A DNA stretch of 60,046 bases from Thermoplasmata archaeon (GTDB taxonomy: Archaea > Thermoplasmatota > E2 > UBA202 > JdFR-43): NCBI GenBank assembly GCA_021162065.1, contig JAGGZK010000032.1:1-60046 (forward strand). The letters are read 5' to 3'. The position numbers were made by a program, and so were the translations under genes. The notes beneath the pieces were generated by a model that was given only the letters and a program-made list of their open reading frames with translations, did not search any database and was not told where the DNA came from. The first letter of the stretch is position 1, and each line of letters opens with the position of its first letter. Positions 24,014-34,258 of this stretch are shown here, in pieces.

Positions 24014-25058
24014 TCTCTATTCCTCTCTCCTTTGTTATATGAAATGTTCTTGATTCCACCTCCTTCACATCATTCCTGTTGTTCTTTATCTGGAGAGGAG
24101 GGAGCACCGTACCCTGATCGAATCCCATGAGCCAGGCTGCTGCTGTTCCAGGCCTTACCAGCGGCTGACTCCTTATGCCCAGCACAAAGCCATTTTTAGG
24201 AGCATAGATGTTTCTCTTTTCCCCTGTAAAGGGAGATTTCACCATTCCTATTATCTGCCTCTCCCTCACAACATCTCCCGCCTTAACCTTTGAGTAGAAT
24301 ATGCCTCCTATGCTGGAGTTTATCTCCATGTAATCCTTGAGGAGAATCTGATTTTCCGGGATCTCCACTTTTCCGGGAAGCATGCCGATGTAACGCATAA
24401 AATTCTTCACACCCTTTACTCCTGCTTCGATGAAATATTCATCTATTCTTCCCGCCTCGCCTATTTCAAAGCACACTATAGGTATGCCCCTTTTCCCTGC
24501 TGCCACATTCAGCATCCCGGGATGGCCCTCGTGATAAAAAAGAACCTCTGTTCCTAAAGCCCTTGCATGCTCTATGGGAGGATTGTAACCTGGCACCACC
24601 CTTATTCTCGGATGGGGAACAAGAAGATGCCCCTTCATGCCCGTATGCAGATCAATGCCATAGTCCGCCTTTTTGACGAACTTCTCAAAGAAATGATATG
24701 CTATTCTCTCCGTAACGGTTCCATTTTTTCTCCCGGGAAAAACACGATTGAGATTTTTTCCATCCACAGGATCGACTCTGCTTCTTGCCCTGAAGGCAAG
24801 GGTGTTCACCACGGGCACCGCCAGTATAGTGCCACTAATTTCCTCCGGCTTTATCTCCTCGAATATTCTGTGAATTACCTCTATGCCGTTCAGCTCATCT
24901 CCATGAATGGCGGCATTTAAAAGAAGTATGGGCCTCCTTCTTTTTCCCCTCATGACAAAATAGGGAAGAATAACGGGAGTGCCATCCTCCAGTTCTGTAC
25001 ATTCTATTTTGCTTCTGAATATTTCCCCTTCCCCTATGTTGAGTTTGGGATGCTCCAT
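24006..25058 (-). CDS. succinylglutamate desuccinylase/aspartoacylase (AstE/AspA, M14-like) family zinc hydrolase
   Basis: ILLLNAAIHGDELNGIEVI (HxxE zinc site), then AVPVVNTLAF and DLHTG. Convergent with the preceding gene, overlapping it by 8 nt. Confidence 0.8.
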   Translation of the reverse strand: MEHPKLNIGEGEIFRSKIECTELEDGTPVILPYFVMRGKRRRPILLLNAAIHGDELNGIEVIHRIFEEIKPEEISGTILAVPVVNTLAFRARSRVDPVDGKNLNRVFPGRKNGTVTERIAYHFFEKFVKKADYGIDLHTGMKGHLLVPHPRIRVVPGYNPPIEHARALGTEVLFYHEGHPGMLNVAAGKRGIPIVCFEIGEAGRIDEYFIEAGVKGVKNFMRYIGMLPGKVEIPENQILLKDYMEINSSIGGIFYSKVKAGDVVRERQIIGMVKSPFTGEKRNIYAPKNGFVLGIRSQPLVRPGTAAAWLMGFDQGTVLPPLQIKNNRNDVKEVESRTFHITKERGIEIK

Positions 25059-25179
25059 ATCAGGGTGAGAAATTTAAGAGATTTATATAAATTTCTTTTT
25101 GGGATGCAAGAAATGAATATAGGTTGCATATCCATCCTCATCCAAAAACTTTTTATTCACTTTTCATGTTTTCCAGCAG

Positions 25180-25252
25180 GGGCCCGTGGGGTAGCTTGGC
25201 ATCCTTCCAGCTTGGGGTGCTGGTAACCCGAGTTCAAATCTCGGCGGGCCCA
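25180..25252 (+). tRNA. tRNA-Pro (anticodon GGG)
   Basis: Hand-folded. Acceptor GGGCCCG/CGGGCCC. Anticodon stem CCAGC/GCTGG with loop TTGGGGT. T-arm CCGAG-TTCAAAT-CTCGG. Discriminator A. No encoded CCA. Confidence 0.88.
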
Positions 25253-25331
25253 TTCCCAATACATTCAATAACTACATTATATTTCCTTTAAAATTTAGAA
25301 ATCCTTATAACTGGAATAAATAATTTACACC

Positions 25332-26579
25332 ATGCCCCTCTCCCCGGCCGCCTATGTATTTCCGCTCATGTTATCCGCAGCACTCTCACTTCTTATTTTT
25401 TTCATGGCAATAAGCCGCTCTGCCCCTTATCGGCTACCTCTCGCCGCCCTCTCTCTGCTGATTGTTAACTGGTCTCTGGGATATGCCATGGAACTTTTTG
25501 GAGGGACTATAGAGGAAAAACTTTTCTGGGTGAAGATTCAATATTTCAGCATTGTGGGGGTGCCGCCCCTGTGGCTCATGCTTGTTCTTCAATATGTTGG
25601 GAGGGAGAGATTGGTGAACATGAAAACCTCCCTTCTACTTTCCATAGAACCCGTGATAACTCTCATTTTGGCATGGACCAATGAGTTTCATCACCTAATA
25701 TGGAGCAGAGTTGAACTGCTGGAGAAAGAGCCATTTTCCATGCTTAATCTGCATTATGGAGTATGGGCGGGTGTGAGAATGATATATGTTTATATCCTTA
25801 TATTCTACTCCCTCTTTTTGCTTTTATACACCTCATCATCCACCTTTCGGCTCCATCGTAGATACATCTATATGATGGCTGTGGCAACTATCGCCCCCAT
25901 CATGGGAAACATAGTTTACACAGCAAAAATCACCCATGTTGATTACACCCCGATAATGTTTTCCATCACCACCGCCATACTTGCCTATGGGCTTACGCAC
26001 CACAGAATATTCGATCTGATGCCCGTGGCAAAGGATGTAATAATAGAGAATATGAGGGAGGGGATAATAGTGGTTGACTCAGATTACCGGATAGTAAAAA
26101 TGAATCCTCCCTCAAAGGAATTCATAGGTTTCGATGCAACGGGAAAAAAGGTGGACGAGCTGGACATATATGAAAAACTGGCCAAGTACTGCGAAACGGA
26201 AGAGATAGTGAAAGAGGAAATGGAAATGGAAAAGGGCGGAAAGAAAAAATTCTATGAGATATCCGTTATTCCCCTCTTTGATAGATACAAAAACAAGGTT
26301 GGATGCATGCTGTCCATATATGATATCACCGACATAAAAAAGGCGGATGAGGCAATGAGGAATGCCTATGAGGAAATGAAAAGAGCTCTTGAGAAGGAAA
26401 AGGAATTCAAACTCAAGACAGCACATTACTTTTTCAATCCCCTTCTGATTGCCAAAGGATATCTTGAAATAGCAAGCGAAAAATGCCATCATGAGGAAAT
26501 AGAGAAGGCAAAAAGGGCGGTGGAGAGAATAGAGAAGGTAATAAAGAATATTGTTACAAAAGGGGAGATAAGGGAGTAG
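25332..26579 (+). CDS. membrane sensor: N-terminal 7TM (HisKA_7TM-like) + PAS + DHp-like helix, lacking an ATPase domain
   Basis: Seven hydrophobic segments in the first 220 aa or so. PAS-like IIENMREGIIVVDSDYRIVKMNP. H-box-like TAHYFFNPLLIAKGYLEI. The protein ends about 45 aa later with no N/G1/G2 boxes. Confidence 0.7.
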   Translation: MPLSPAAYVFPLMLSAALSLLIFFMAISRSAPYRLPLAALSLLIVNWSLGYAMELFGGTIEEKLFWVKIQYFSIVGVPPLWLMLVLQYVGRERLVNMKTSLLLSIEPVITLILAWTNEFHHLIWSRVELLEKEPFSMLNLHYGVWAGVRMIYVYILIFYSLFLLLYTSSSTFRLHRRYIYMMAVATIAPIMGNIVYTAKITHVDYTPIMFSITTAILAYGLTHHRIFDLMPVAKDVIIENMREGIIVVDSDYRIVKMNPPSKEFIGFDATGKKVDELDIYEKLAKYCETEEIVKEEMEMEKGGKKKFYEISVIPLFDRYKNKVGCMLSIYDITDIKKADEAMRNAYEEMKRALEKEKEFKLKTAHYFFNPLLIAKGYLEIASEKCHHEEIEKAKRAVERIEKVIKNIVTKGEIRE

Positions 26580-28664
26580 TTATTCTGGTAACATGGGAAC
26601 AAAAGCAGGGTCGCCATAAAGAACACGGGCGTATTTTGTTGGAGGTCCTGTAATGCTGTTGGACTTCATCACAGCCTTTCCTATGGAAGATGCATTGAAA
26701 ATGATTTCATTCTCTATTATCTCCAGCGTTGCCTCCCCCCCTGTCTCTCTTGTGGCCGACACCACCGCAACACTTCCCGCGTGGAGAAACGCCATGGATA
26801 TGCTGCTTTCCGGCGCTATGCCGTCCATCCGCCCCATGAGGCAGGCGGCGGTGAGAATGATGTTGGGAGGGAATGCATAATTCCTCACATGTGCCACATC
26901 CACCACCCTGCTGTAGTAATCAATGCCATATATGGAGGAGAGCATCCAGTACCAGTCTCCATGCCCTTCATATTCCACAAACCCGGCATGGAAGGCATTT
27001 TCCTTTTCCAGTCGCTCCCTACCATTGCGAAGGATTCCAAACACCTCCGTTTCAAATCCGTATTTTCTGAGTTCCCTGGAGTAGGGTATCTGATGGAATA
27101 TGGCGGCCGTCTCCCCAAATCCCTCTCCCGTGATGAAATTGAACTTTTTAATCCACTCATCTCCAGCAAGAGAGGAATAAAAAAGTTCTCTGGAGAGCAT
27201 GAGGGAAACATCCTCTATGCTCATACCCATTATCCTGCCAACAGCAACTGAAAAATTTAATGAGTAGGGATTATCGGAGGGAATACCATAACCCACGTAT
27301 GAATCACCAGTAGATGACTTGTAATAATAGCGGGGAAGCATATTCACATCGCCCACAAGGGCAATGTATTTTATATCAAGTCCATAACTCCTCATCAGAT
27401 TTTCTATCTTCTCCACGCTCCTGTTCACCTTCCCGTTCACAAAAGAATGAATCTCCGGATGATTCCATGCCCCTCCTGCCAAAGAAAATTTGTATTCTTT
27501 ATCCATGATTTCATTCTCTGCCAGCATTACAATCCCGCCGCGCATGGAAGCAAGGTAGGGAGCAAGGGAGGAAAGGGGCATGGAAGGATAGCATGGTGAG
27601 TCATAGAATGAGATGAGGACATCCACATCAAAATCTGTATCCACCATGGATATCCCCCTCTGGGAGAAGAATCCGCCCTTTATGCCCCTGTATATGCTCA
27701 CCTTTATGGTGTATTTTCCACCAGCATTGTTGGCGGGAAACTGGAGATAGCATTTCTCCTCCCTCCATGCATTGCTGAAGGAGTAGGTCACCAGCTCCTC
27801 CCCCCTGTAAACGCTGGCATCTATTATATTTGGCAGGCCTTCTCCAGAGGATGATGCATTTATGAATATCTTAACAAAATTGAAGCCATCCGGCAGTTCC
27901 AGTTCAAAAAACTGGCTGTCGTTTCCCAGAATGTTCACCTCTCTGGCAAAGAGGGTGATTTTGAGATTACTTATGTGACCCTGATAGGAAATCTTATCTT
28001 TTTCCACAGGTTCATGAATGATGGCATCGTGAGGATTTGTCACTGCCATATATGAAAAATTCCTCAACGTTGTGAGATAGCCGTAAAGGGATTTTTCGTT
28101 GATTAGAGGGATATCATGGATGCCGGAAATATTTAGTGGAATAACAGATATTGCCTCCTCTATTCCCATTCCCTGTAGCTCTTCCGATATCTCCGAGGGG
28201 TTTCCCTCGTAAAAAATAAGGGGAATGCCCTCGTAGCAGGAAATCTGGGTTGCAAGGAGGGAGAGGTTATAATAGGCCATATCATGTGGCAGCACCACGG
28301 CTTTGGTGGCGCCCCCGTAAAACTCACGGGCAATCTGAAAAGAAATACTCGTTATATTCCCGACAAACTCTTCCTTGGGATATGAGCAGGGCATATGTGC
28401 GCCCACACTTATTATCCTCTCCGTGCCATAGGAAGATAGGAAGGATGTCATGTAGTTACCCATATCTCCTGCAAAAATTAAAAGAGGAGCAGATTTCATA
28501 AAGGCGATGGGTGTGGCAAGAAGGGTGTAGAAAACATCTGCATTTGAGGCGAATACCACCGTCTTCTCCTCCACATGCTCGGTGGAAAAGGGGGTTGCAA
28601 ATGAAAGTACAAGAAATGCTGCCAGAAGAATGCCAACCTTTCTCACAGCCTTTTTTCTATCCAT
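26580..28664 (-). CDS. secreted peptidase C25 (gingipain)-like cysteine protease
   Basis: Signal peptide (VGILLAAFLVLSFA). YIALVGDVNMLPRYYY...IPSDNPYS, catalytic-His-like VEYEGHGDWYWM, and catalytic-Cys-like IILTAACLMGRMDG. Confidence 0.6.
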   Translation of the reverse strand: MDRKKAVRKVGILLAAFLVLSFATPFSTEHVEEKTVVFASNADVFYTLLATPIAFMKSAPLLIFAGDMGNYMTSFLSSYGTERIISVGAHMPCSYPKEEFVGNITSISFQIAREFYGGATKAVVLPHDMAYYNLSLLATQISCYEGIPLIFYEGNPSEISEELQGMGIEEAISVIPLNISGIHDIPLINEKSLYGYLTTLRNFSYMAVTNPHDAIIHEPVEKDKISYQGHISNLKITLFAREVNILGNDSQFFELELPDGFNFVKIFINASSSGEGLPNIIDASVYRGEELVTYSFSNAWREEKCYLQFPANNAGGKYTIKVSIYRGIKGGFFSQRGISMVDTDFDVDVLISFYDSPCYPSMPLSSLAPYLASMRGGIVMLAENEIMDKEYKFSLAGGAWNHPEIHSFVNGKVNRSVEKIENLMRSYGLDIKYIALVGDVNMLPRYYYKSSTGDSYVGYGIPSDNPYSLNFSVAVGRIMGMSIEDVSLMLSRELFYSSLAGDEWIKKFNFITGEGFGETAAIFHQIPYSRELRKYGFETEVFGILRNGRERLEKENAFHAGFVEYEGHGDWYWMLSSIYGIDYYSRVVDVAHVRNYAFPPNIILTAACLMGRMDGIAPESSISMAFLHAGSVAVVSATRETGGEATLEIIENEIIFNASSIGKAVMKSNSITGPPTKYARVLYGDPAFVPMLPE

Positions 28665-30253
28665 TCTGGAACCTCTTCAATTTTCACTCTCACCTGCTCC
28701 GTGGTATCTCTAAAACGTATGGTTACCGTGTTATCCTCCTTGCTCTGATAATCAACGGTTATGCAGAAGGGAGTCCCTATCTCGTCCATTCTTGCATATC
28801 TCCTCCCTATGCTCCCGCTCTCGTCATAGAAGGCCATTATGCCCCTCTTCCTGAGTATCCTTTCAATATTTCTGGCTATTTCCGGCAGTCCATCCTTGCT
28901 GACAAGCGGAAACACACCTGCCTTTATGGGAGCCATGGAAGGTGGAAGTGAGAGAAGCACATATCTCTCCCCCTCCTTTTCCGTCTCCCTGTAATTATGC
29001 TCCAGAATGAAATAAAAGATTCTGTCTATGCCATGGGAGGGCTCTATCACATGAGGTATGAATTTTTTGCCGCTCTCCACCACCTCCTCCTCCACAATTT
29101 CAAAGTATTCTCCCCCTATTTTCATCTCCTCCCCATCAATGTTTACCGTAACATTCTCCATATCTCCATCCACATCAACCTTTTTCAGCTCCTCCGCAAT
29201 CTTAACGGCCTTCTTTCTGAAATCCCTGCCAAGCAGATTCATCTTCGGCTTGGTGATCCTTCTCCTCACCTTTCTCGGCTCATCGTATTTCTTGAATGCC
29301 CTCATATCCACGCCCGTTGCCTTCATATGCGCCTCCAGGTCATGGGCGGAGCGGTCCGCTATCCCCACACACTCCACCCATCCAAATCTCTCGGAAAATA
29401 TCTCGGCGTCCCAGCACTCTCTTGCGTAATGGGCGAGTTCCTCCCTCTTATGCTGTCTGAACCTTATCCTCCCTTTGTCTATCCCCACACTTGTGAGGAA
29501 TCTGTGGGTGAGGACGAGGTAGTAGGCCATGGCCTCGCTTCCCACTATGCCCTCCTCCACCGCCTGCCCCGCCTCCATCACCATTTCCTCGTCGTCCATT
29601 GTAAGGAGCGTGAGTTTTTCTTTCTTTATCTCCTCAAATCTCTCGTGGCTTTTCTCATCCGGCTCGAAAAATATCTCCGCCTCCGCCATGGAGAACTCTC
29701 TCAACCTTATGATGCCCTGTCGGGGAGAAACCTCGTTTCTGAACCCCTTTCCTATCTGAACAACTCCGAAGGGCATCTTCTTGCGAAAAAATTCATAGAG
29801 AAACGGAAAATCAACGAATATGCCCTGGGCCGTTTCCGGACGCAGAAAGGCCATCTCCTGCTTTTTTGCCCCTATTCTCGTTTCGAACATGAGATTCAGT
29901 TTTCCCTCCACCATCTCCTCGCTGCCGCAGAGGGGGCATTTTCCGGCAACATCCTCTTTTTTGAAACTGGCCCCACATTTTTTGCAGGTTACAATCTCAT
30001 CTATGAATTCATCCACATGCCCCGACGCCTTCAGAACATCATAGGGAGTTATTACTGGAGTCGAGATCTCAAAAAATCCCTCGCCTATAACATAAAATTC
30101 CCTCCATTTGTTCTCTATATTGTTTTTGAGAAGCGTTCCCAGAGGGCCATAATCATAGAATCCCGATTCTCCTCCATAAATCTCATAGGAGGGATAGAGG
30201 AAACCCCTCCTCTTGGCAAGAGATATTATTTTCTCATATATCTCCTCCTTCAT
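28643..30253 (-). CDS. glyS: glycyl-tRNA synthetase (archaeal/eukaryotic alpha2 type)
   Basis: RRGFLYPSYEIYGGESGFYDYGPLG, FRNEVSPRQGIIRLREFSMAE (motif 2) and PHVIEPSHGIDR (motif 3 region). Confidence 0.95.
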   Translation of the reverse strand: MKEEIYEKIISLAKRRGFLYPSYEIYGGESGFYDYGPLGTLLKNNIENKWREFYVIGEGFFEISTPVITPYDVLKASGHVDEFIDEIVTCKKCGASFKKEDVAGKCPLCGSEEMVEGKLNLMFETRIGAKKQEMAFLRPETAQGIFVDFPFLYEFFRKKMPFGVVQIGKGFRNEVSPRQGIIRLREFSMAEAEIFFEPDEKSHERFEEIKKEKLTLLTMDDEEMVMEAGQAVEEGIVGSEAMAYYLVLTHRFLTSVGIDKGRIRFRQHKREELAHYARECWDAEIFSERFGWVECVGIADRSAHDLEAHMKATGVDMRAFKKYDEPRKVRRRITKPKMNLLGRDFRKKAVKIAEELKKVDVDGDMENVTVNIDGEEMKIGGEYFEIVEEEVVESGKKFIPHVIEPSHGIDRIFYFILEHNYRETEKEGERYVLLSLPPSMAPIKAGVFPLVSKDGLPEIARNIERILRKRGIMAFYDESGSIGRRYARMDEIGTPFCITVDYQSKEDNTVTIRFRDTTEQVRVKIEEVPEWIEKRL

Positions 30254-31098
30254 TCTAACACTGCCTTCATGAGGTCCACATCATAAACCATTCCTATTAT
30301 ATCATCCGTCTCGTCCATCACAGGCAGCTGGTCAACGCCGTTGTCCAGCATTTTCTTGGCCACCTCTGATATGGGCGTTTTTCTGTACACGGTTATGACG
30401 TCCCTCACCATCACCTCCCCAACGGGCACGGGCGGAAGTTCTATTTTCGATGTTTCATAATAGAGGCGCATCACGTCCCTTATTCCCTCCCATGTCCACA
30501 CATCCTCATCCTCTCCTATGCCCAGATTGGAATTCACCACCGATTCCTTGAGGTGGGAGAAGGTGAATAAATCTCCGTCCGCCACTATGCCCGCAAGATT
30601 GCCCTCATCGTCCAGCACGGGCAGGGCGGAGGCGTTGGTGAGGCGGAATATTTTCATAACCACAGGCAGAGGCGTCTCCGTGTAGATGGGAATAAACACA
30701 GGAGAAAGATATTCATCAACCGTCCTTTTTCCCTTTTTTGATATAACCTTGAGTATATCCGTGGGCGATATAACGCCTACAAGTTTGTCATTTTTGATGA
30801 CCGGAATGCCATGAATTCTCTTTTCATAAAATATCTTTGCGGCGGTTTTCAAACTTGCTTCTGGAGATATAACTATGGGGTTTCGATTCATGAGAAGAGC
30901 GAGTTGAGTTTCCTCCGGATTTTTAAATATATCATTTCTTGTTACTATTCCTGCAAAAATCTTTGTCCCTGCCTTCACCACAGGAACTCCAGAGACCTCA
31001 TACTTTCCGAATATTCTGAGAACATCCTCCCTGTTGCCGGGCACCTCCGCATATATGGGATTGCTGTTCATAACATCCTTTACCTTCATCTTTTTCAT
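30250..31098 (-). CDS. CBS-domain protein (four CBS repeats)
   Basis: Repeated VxDVM...V...D.....GIVTxxDI patterns (VKDVMNSNPIY..., GIVTRNDIF, GVISPTDILK, GIVADGDLF, GMVYDVDLMK). Confidence 0.9.
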   Translation of the reverse strand: MKKMKVKDVMNSNPIYAEVPGNREDVLRIFGKYEVSGVPVVKAGTKIFAGIVTRNDIFKNPEETQLALLMNRNPIVISPEASLKTAAKIFYEKRIHGIPVIKNDKLVGVISPTDILKVISKKGKRTVDEYLSPVFIPIYTETPLPVVMKIFRLTNASALPVLDDEGNLAGIVADGDLFTFSHLKESVVNSNLGIGEDEDVWTWEGIRDVMRLYYETSKIELPPVPVGEVMVRDVITVYRKTPISEVAKKMLDNGVDQLPVMDETDDIIGMVYDVDLMKAVLE

Positions 31099-31103
31099 CG
31101 GGT

Positions 31104-31904
31104 TTATGAATGCTCATGGTTTTTTAAAATTTCCCCAAAAAAATCTGAAGGAGTTTTAGAAATCATTTTAAATGCCTCCCTCTCCTCCACACCAAAGTTA
31201 TTGATTACATATCTTGCCTCCTCCCTTATATCCGGCGCCACCAGCATGGCATTGTCCGTGCCAAGCATTACCTTTGCCTTCTTTTCCAGAAGAATTTTTA
31301 ATGGGGGAGAGAGGCCGAAAAAAGCATTTGCCCTCGGGCATACTACAACACCTATGCCTCTGGACACCACCTCACTTATATCCTCCTCAGTTGCATAGCA
31401 TAGATGAACTATGAAATCCGGCTTTAAGTCCAGCACCATGCCAATGTCTTCCCTCCTTGCCTCACTCACATGAAGAGCAAACATTTTTCCTGCTTCCCTT
31501 ACATGATGGGATATGGCCTCCATCTCCCCATAATCCCAGTCGGAAATGCTGCTCAGCCCGATACCATCTGCCATGGAGAGTATTCTTTCCATCCCCTTCT
31601 CATTATATTTCATGGAGGAGGGGCGGCCCATTATTATGGCCCTTATTTTCCTGCCCTCCATTGCCTCCAGGAGCATCTCTATGCCGTCAACGCCGCCCTC
31701 CCTGAAATCAATGAAAACATCTGTGCCGCATTTCTCCATAACCCCGATGGCTTTCTTCATTCCGGAAATTATCTCCTCCCGGCTCGCTGATGAAAGCATT
31801 CTGTGCTTGTATCCATGAGGAGGTGCCACTAACTGCTCTATAGTCATCCCGTGGGGAGCCTTCAAAAACGCATCTCCTATGTGGGTGTGGGAATTGAAAA
31901 TCAT
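31104..31904 (-). CDS. amidohydrolase-superfamily metal-dependent hydrolase
   Basis: N-terminal NSHTHIGD (HxH metal site), FALHVSE and GTDNAML near the C-terminus, in the typical amidohydrolase arrangement. Substrate unknown. Confidence 0.7.
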   Translation of the reverse strand: MIFNSHTHIGDAFLKAPHGMTIEQLVAPPHGYKHRMLSSASREEIISGMKKAIGVMEKCGTDVFIDFREGGVDGIEMLLEAMEGRKIRAIIMGRPSSMKYNEKGMERILSMADGIGLSSISDWDYGEMEAISHHVREAGKMFALHVSEARREDIGMVLDLKPDFIVHLCYATEEDISEVVSRGIGVVVCPRANAFFGLSPPLKILLEKKAKVMLGTDNAMLVAPDIREEARYVINNFGVEEREAFKMISKTPSDFFGEILKNHEHS

Positions 31905-34258
31905 TTTGGTATGCGTATCTCAAACCTAGCCCCTCTTCCGTTCTCTGCATCCCTCACCACTATGCTCCCGTTCATATCCTCCACTATCTTCTTTACCAGA
32001 TACAGCCCCAGACCGCTTCCTCTGCTTTCCTTTCCCTTGTACCCCATATCAAATATTTTCCTTCTTTTATCATCATCTATTCCTTTCCCATCATCTTCAA
32101 TGATAAGGAGTATATGATTCTCTTCCTCCCTCGTTTTTACGACTATCCTGCTTCCTCCTGAATGAACTATGGCATTCCAGAGGATGTTGGATATCACCTC
32201 CTTAAAAAGTTCATTGGTTTTCATCTTCCTGACTTTTATTTCCTTCTCCACCTCCATTCCCCTGGCATCAATTTCAGCATTATACTCCTTTACCAGAGAA
32301 TCTACCATTTCCTCAATATCCCTCTCCTCCCTGCTGCTCTCCTTTTTGAGTATGAAGAGCTTTCTCACATTGTCAATTATCTCCAGTGCCGACCGGCATG
32401 ATTTCATGGCATTGCCCGCAAGCTCCTTCGCCTCTCCCCCAAGCTCCTCGTCCATGAGGAGCTCGAGATATCCTACGATTAACTGGAGTTTGTTGGCCAC
32501 ATCATGTCTGAGCAAAGCATTGTAAAAATCTGCCTCCTTTTCCGCCTCCTTCAATTCCGTTACATCATGAATTATGCCGTCTATGTATCTCTCGCCGTCT
32601 TCCTCCACAATGGCGGCATACTCCACCCCTGTCAGGGTCTTTCCATCGTTTCTCACATATTCAATCTCCTGATTTCTTACATAGCCATTTTTCTTCAATT
32701 TCTCCAGAAAAATTTCTCTCTCCCGGGGGTTTCTATAGAGATGCCTTAATTCCATTCTCTCCAGTTCCTCTCTTGTGTAACCAAACAGTTTCTCGAGAGC
32801 AGGGTTCACCTCTATTATTCTCCCCTCCATATCCACACGGTAAATTCCCTCTGGAGAATTCTCAAAGATGCTTCTGTAATTCCTTTCTGAATTCTTCAGG
32901 GCCTCCTCCGCCATTATTCTTCTTATGGCAGATGCCACCTGTGCGGATATTAATTTTAGCATCTCCCTCTCCTCATTGCCATAAGCCCTCTCATTTTTGT
33001 AATCCTGAACAGCCATTACCCCCACAATTTTTTTGCCCATCCTCAACGGCACTCCCAGCCAGCATGCCGAGGGGGTGCTTATTCTTTCCACTTCCCCTCT
33101 CCTTTCCATCTCCTCAAAAACTTTGGGAGTAACAAGGACGGATTTTCCGTTTCTGATAACATATCCGGTAAGACCTCTCATGAGTTTCTTTTCTTCGGGC
33201 TTTTCTCCATGTTCATCTGCGAAATATGGAAGAGAAAGTTTCCCTTTATCCTCCTCATAGATGGCAATGAAAAAGTTCTCGGCGGGCATGAGTTCCTTTA
33301 CTGTCTCATGAATAGAGCGAAGCAGATCCTCCAGAGATTTGGCGGAGTAGGATGCCTCTGCTATGTGATACATGGCATCCCTTATGCTATCCATTTTCTT
33401 CCTGTAGGTGATGTCCTCCACCGTCCCAACAATGTGAACTATTTTTCCATCCTTCTTCACCGCCCTGGCATTTTCCTCAATCCATATGATGCTGCCATCC
33501 CTGCGATAAACTTTCGAGATGAATTCCCTCACTTCCCCATCTCTTTCAAGCAATCTCAGAAATTCCTTTCTCATCTCTGGATTGACATAAATCTGCTTTC
33601 CTATATCCTCCACTGATGCAAGGAGACTCTCGGGAGAATCATAGCCATATATCTTGGCAAGGGCTGGATTAACCTGAAGATGTTTTCCATCGGGAGTGCT
33701 TTTATATATGCCCATCACCGCATTCTCGAAAATTTCCCTGTATCTCTCCTCCGCCTCCTTCAGCCTGTTTTTCAACTCCACGTTCTTGAAGGCGGCCGCC
33801 AGGACGCTGGCAAAGAGTTCCAGAATCTCTATGTCATCGCTGGAAAATCCATCCACCTCTTTCTTCTCCACATCTATTACCCCTATGAGATCGTTCCCAT
33901 AAACCACCGGCACTGATACCTCGCTTTTTATTCCGCTGGCCGCCTCTATATACGCCTCCTCTCTGCTCACATCCGGCACATAAACCGTTTTCTTTTCCCT
34001 GGCACATTTTATGACGATTCCCTTCTCACCGTCCAGTCTCAGAGGGATGCCGGGCTCATATATTCCCAGGGTCTCCACTATCCTGAGTTCATTTCCCTCC
34101 TTGAGAAGAAGGGCAAATATGTCAAAATTCAGCACCTTCTGAAGGGCGGACGAGAATATGCTGCATATATCCTCAACAGAACCCGCCAGAGTCAAGGAAG
34201 AGGATAAATTATAAAGATCCACAAGGCGCTCCCGCATTATGGAAAAAGAGGGCAGCAT
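31901..34258 (-). CDS. cytoplasmic GAF-PAS-GAF-PAS sensor histidine kinase
   Basis: Two GAF-like and at least three PAS-like segments. H-box FYNALLRHDVANKL. ATPase boxes NAIVHSGG, EDDGKGI and GSGLGLYLV. Confidence 0.9.
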   Translation of the reverse strand: MLPSFSIMRERLVDLYNLSSSLTLAGSVEDICSIFSSALQKVLNFDIFALLLKEGNELRIVETLGIYEPGIPLRLDGEKGIVIKCAREKKTVYVPDVSREEAYIEAASGIKSEVSVPVVYGNDLIGVIDVEKKEVDGFSSDDIEILELFASVLAAAFKNVELKNRLKEAEERYREIFENAVMGIYKSTPDGKHLQVNPALAKIYGYDSPESLLASVEDIGKQIYVNPEMRKEFLRLLERDGEVREFISKVYRRDGSIIWIEENARAVKKDGKIVHIVGTVEDITYRKKMDSIRDAMYHIAEASYSAKSLEDLLRSIHETVKELMPAENFFIAIYEEDKGKLSLPYFADEHGEKPEEKKLMRGLTGYVIRNGKSVLVTPKVFEEMERRGEVERISTPSACWLGVPLRMGKKIVGVMAVQDYKNERAYGNEEREMLKLISAQVASAIRRIMAEEALKNSERNYRSIFENSPEGIYRVDMEGRIIEVNPALEKLFGYTREELERMELRHLYRNPREREIFLEKLKKNGYVRNQEIEYVRNDGKTLTGVEYAAIVEEDGERYIDGIIHDVTELKEAEKEADFYNALLRHDVANKLQLIVGYLELLMDEELGGEAKELAGNAMKSCRSALEIIDNVRKLFILKKESSREERDIEEMVDSLVKEYNAEIDARGMEVEKEIKVRKMKTNELFKEVISNILWNAIVHSGGSRIVVKTREEENHILLIIEDDGKGIDDDKRRKIFDMGYKGKESRGSGLGLYLVKKIVEDMNGSIVVRDAENGRGARFEIRIPK

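Noticed and set aside
28997-30286. 429-aa + strand ORF covering almost all of glyS
   Set aside because: It is antisense to an unambiguous GlyRS, and its composition is Leu/His/Ser-biased without motifs.
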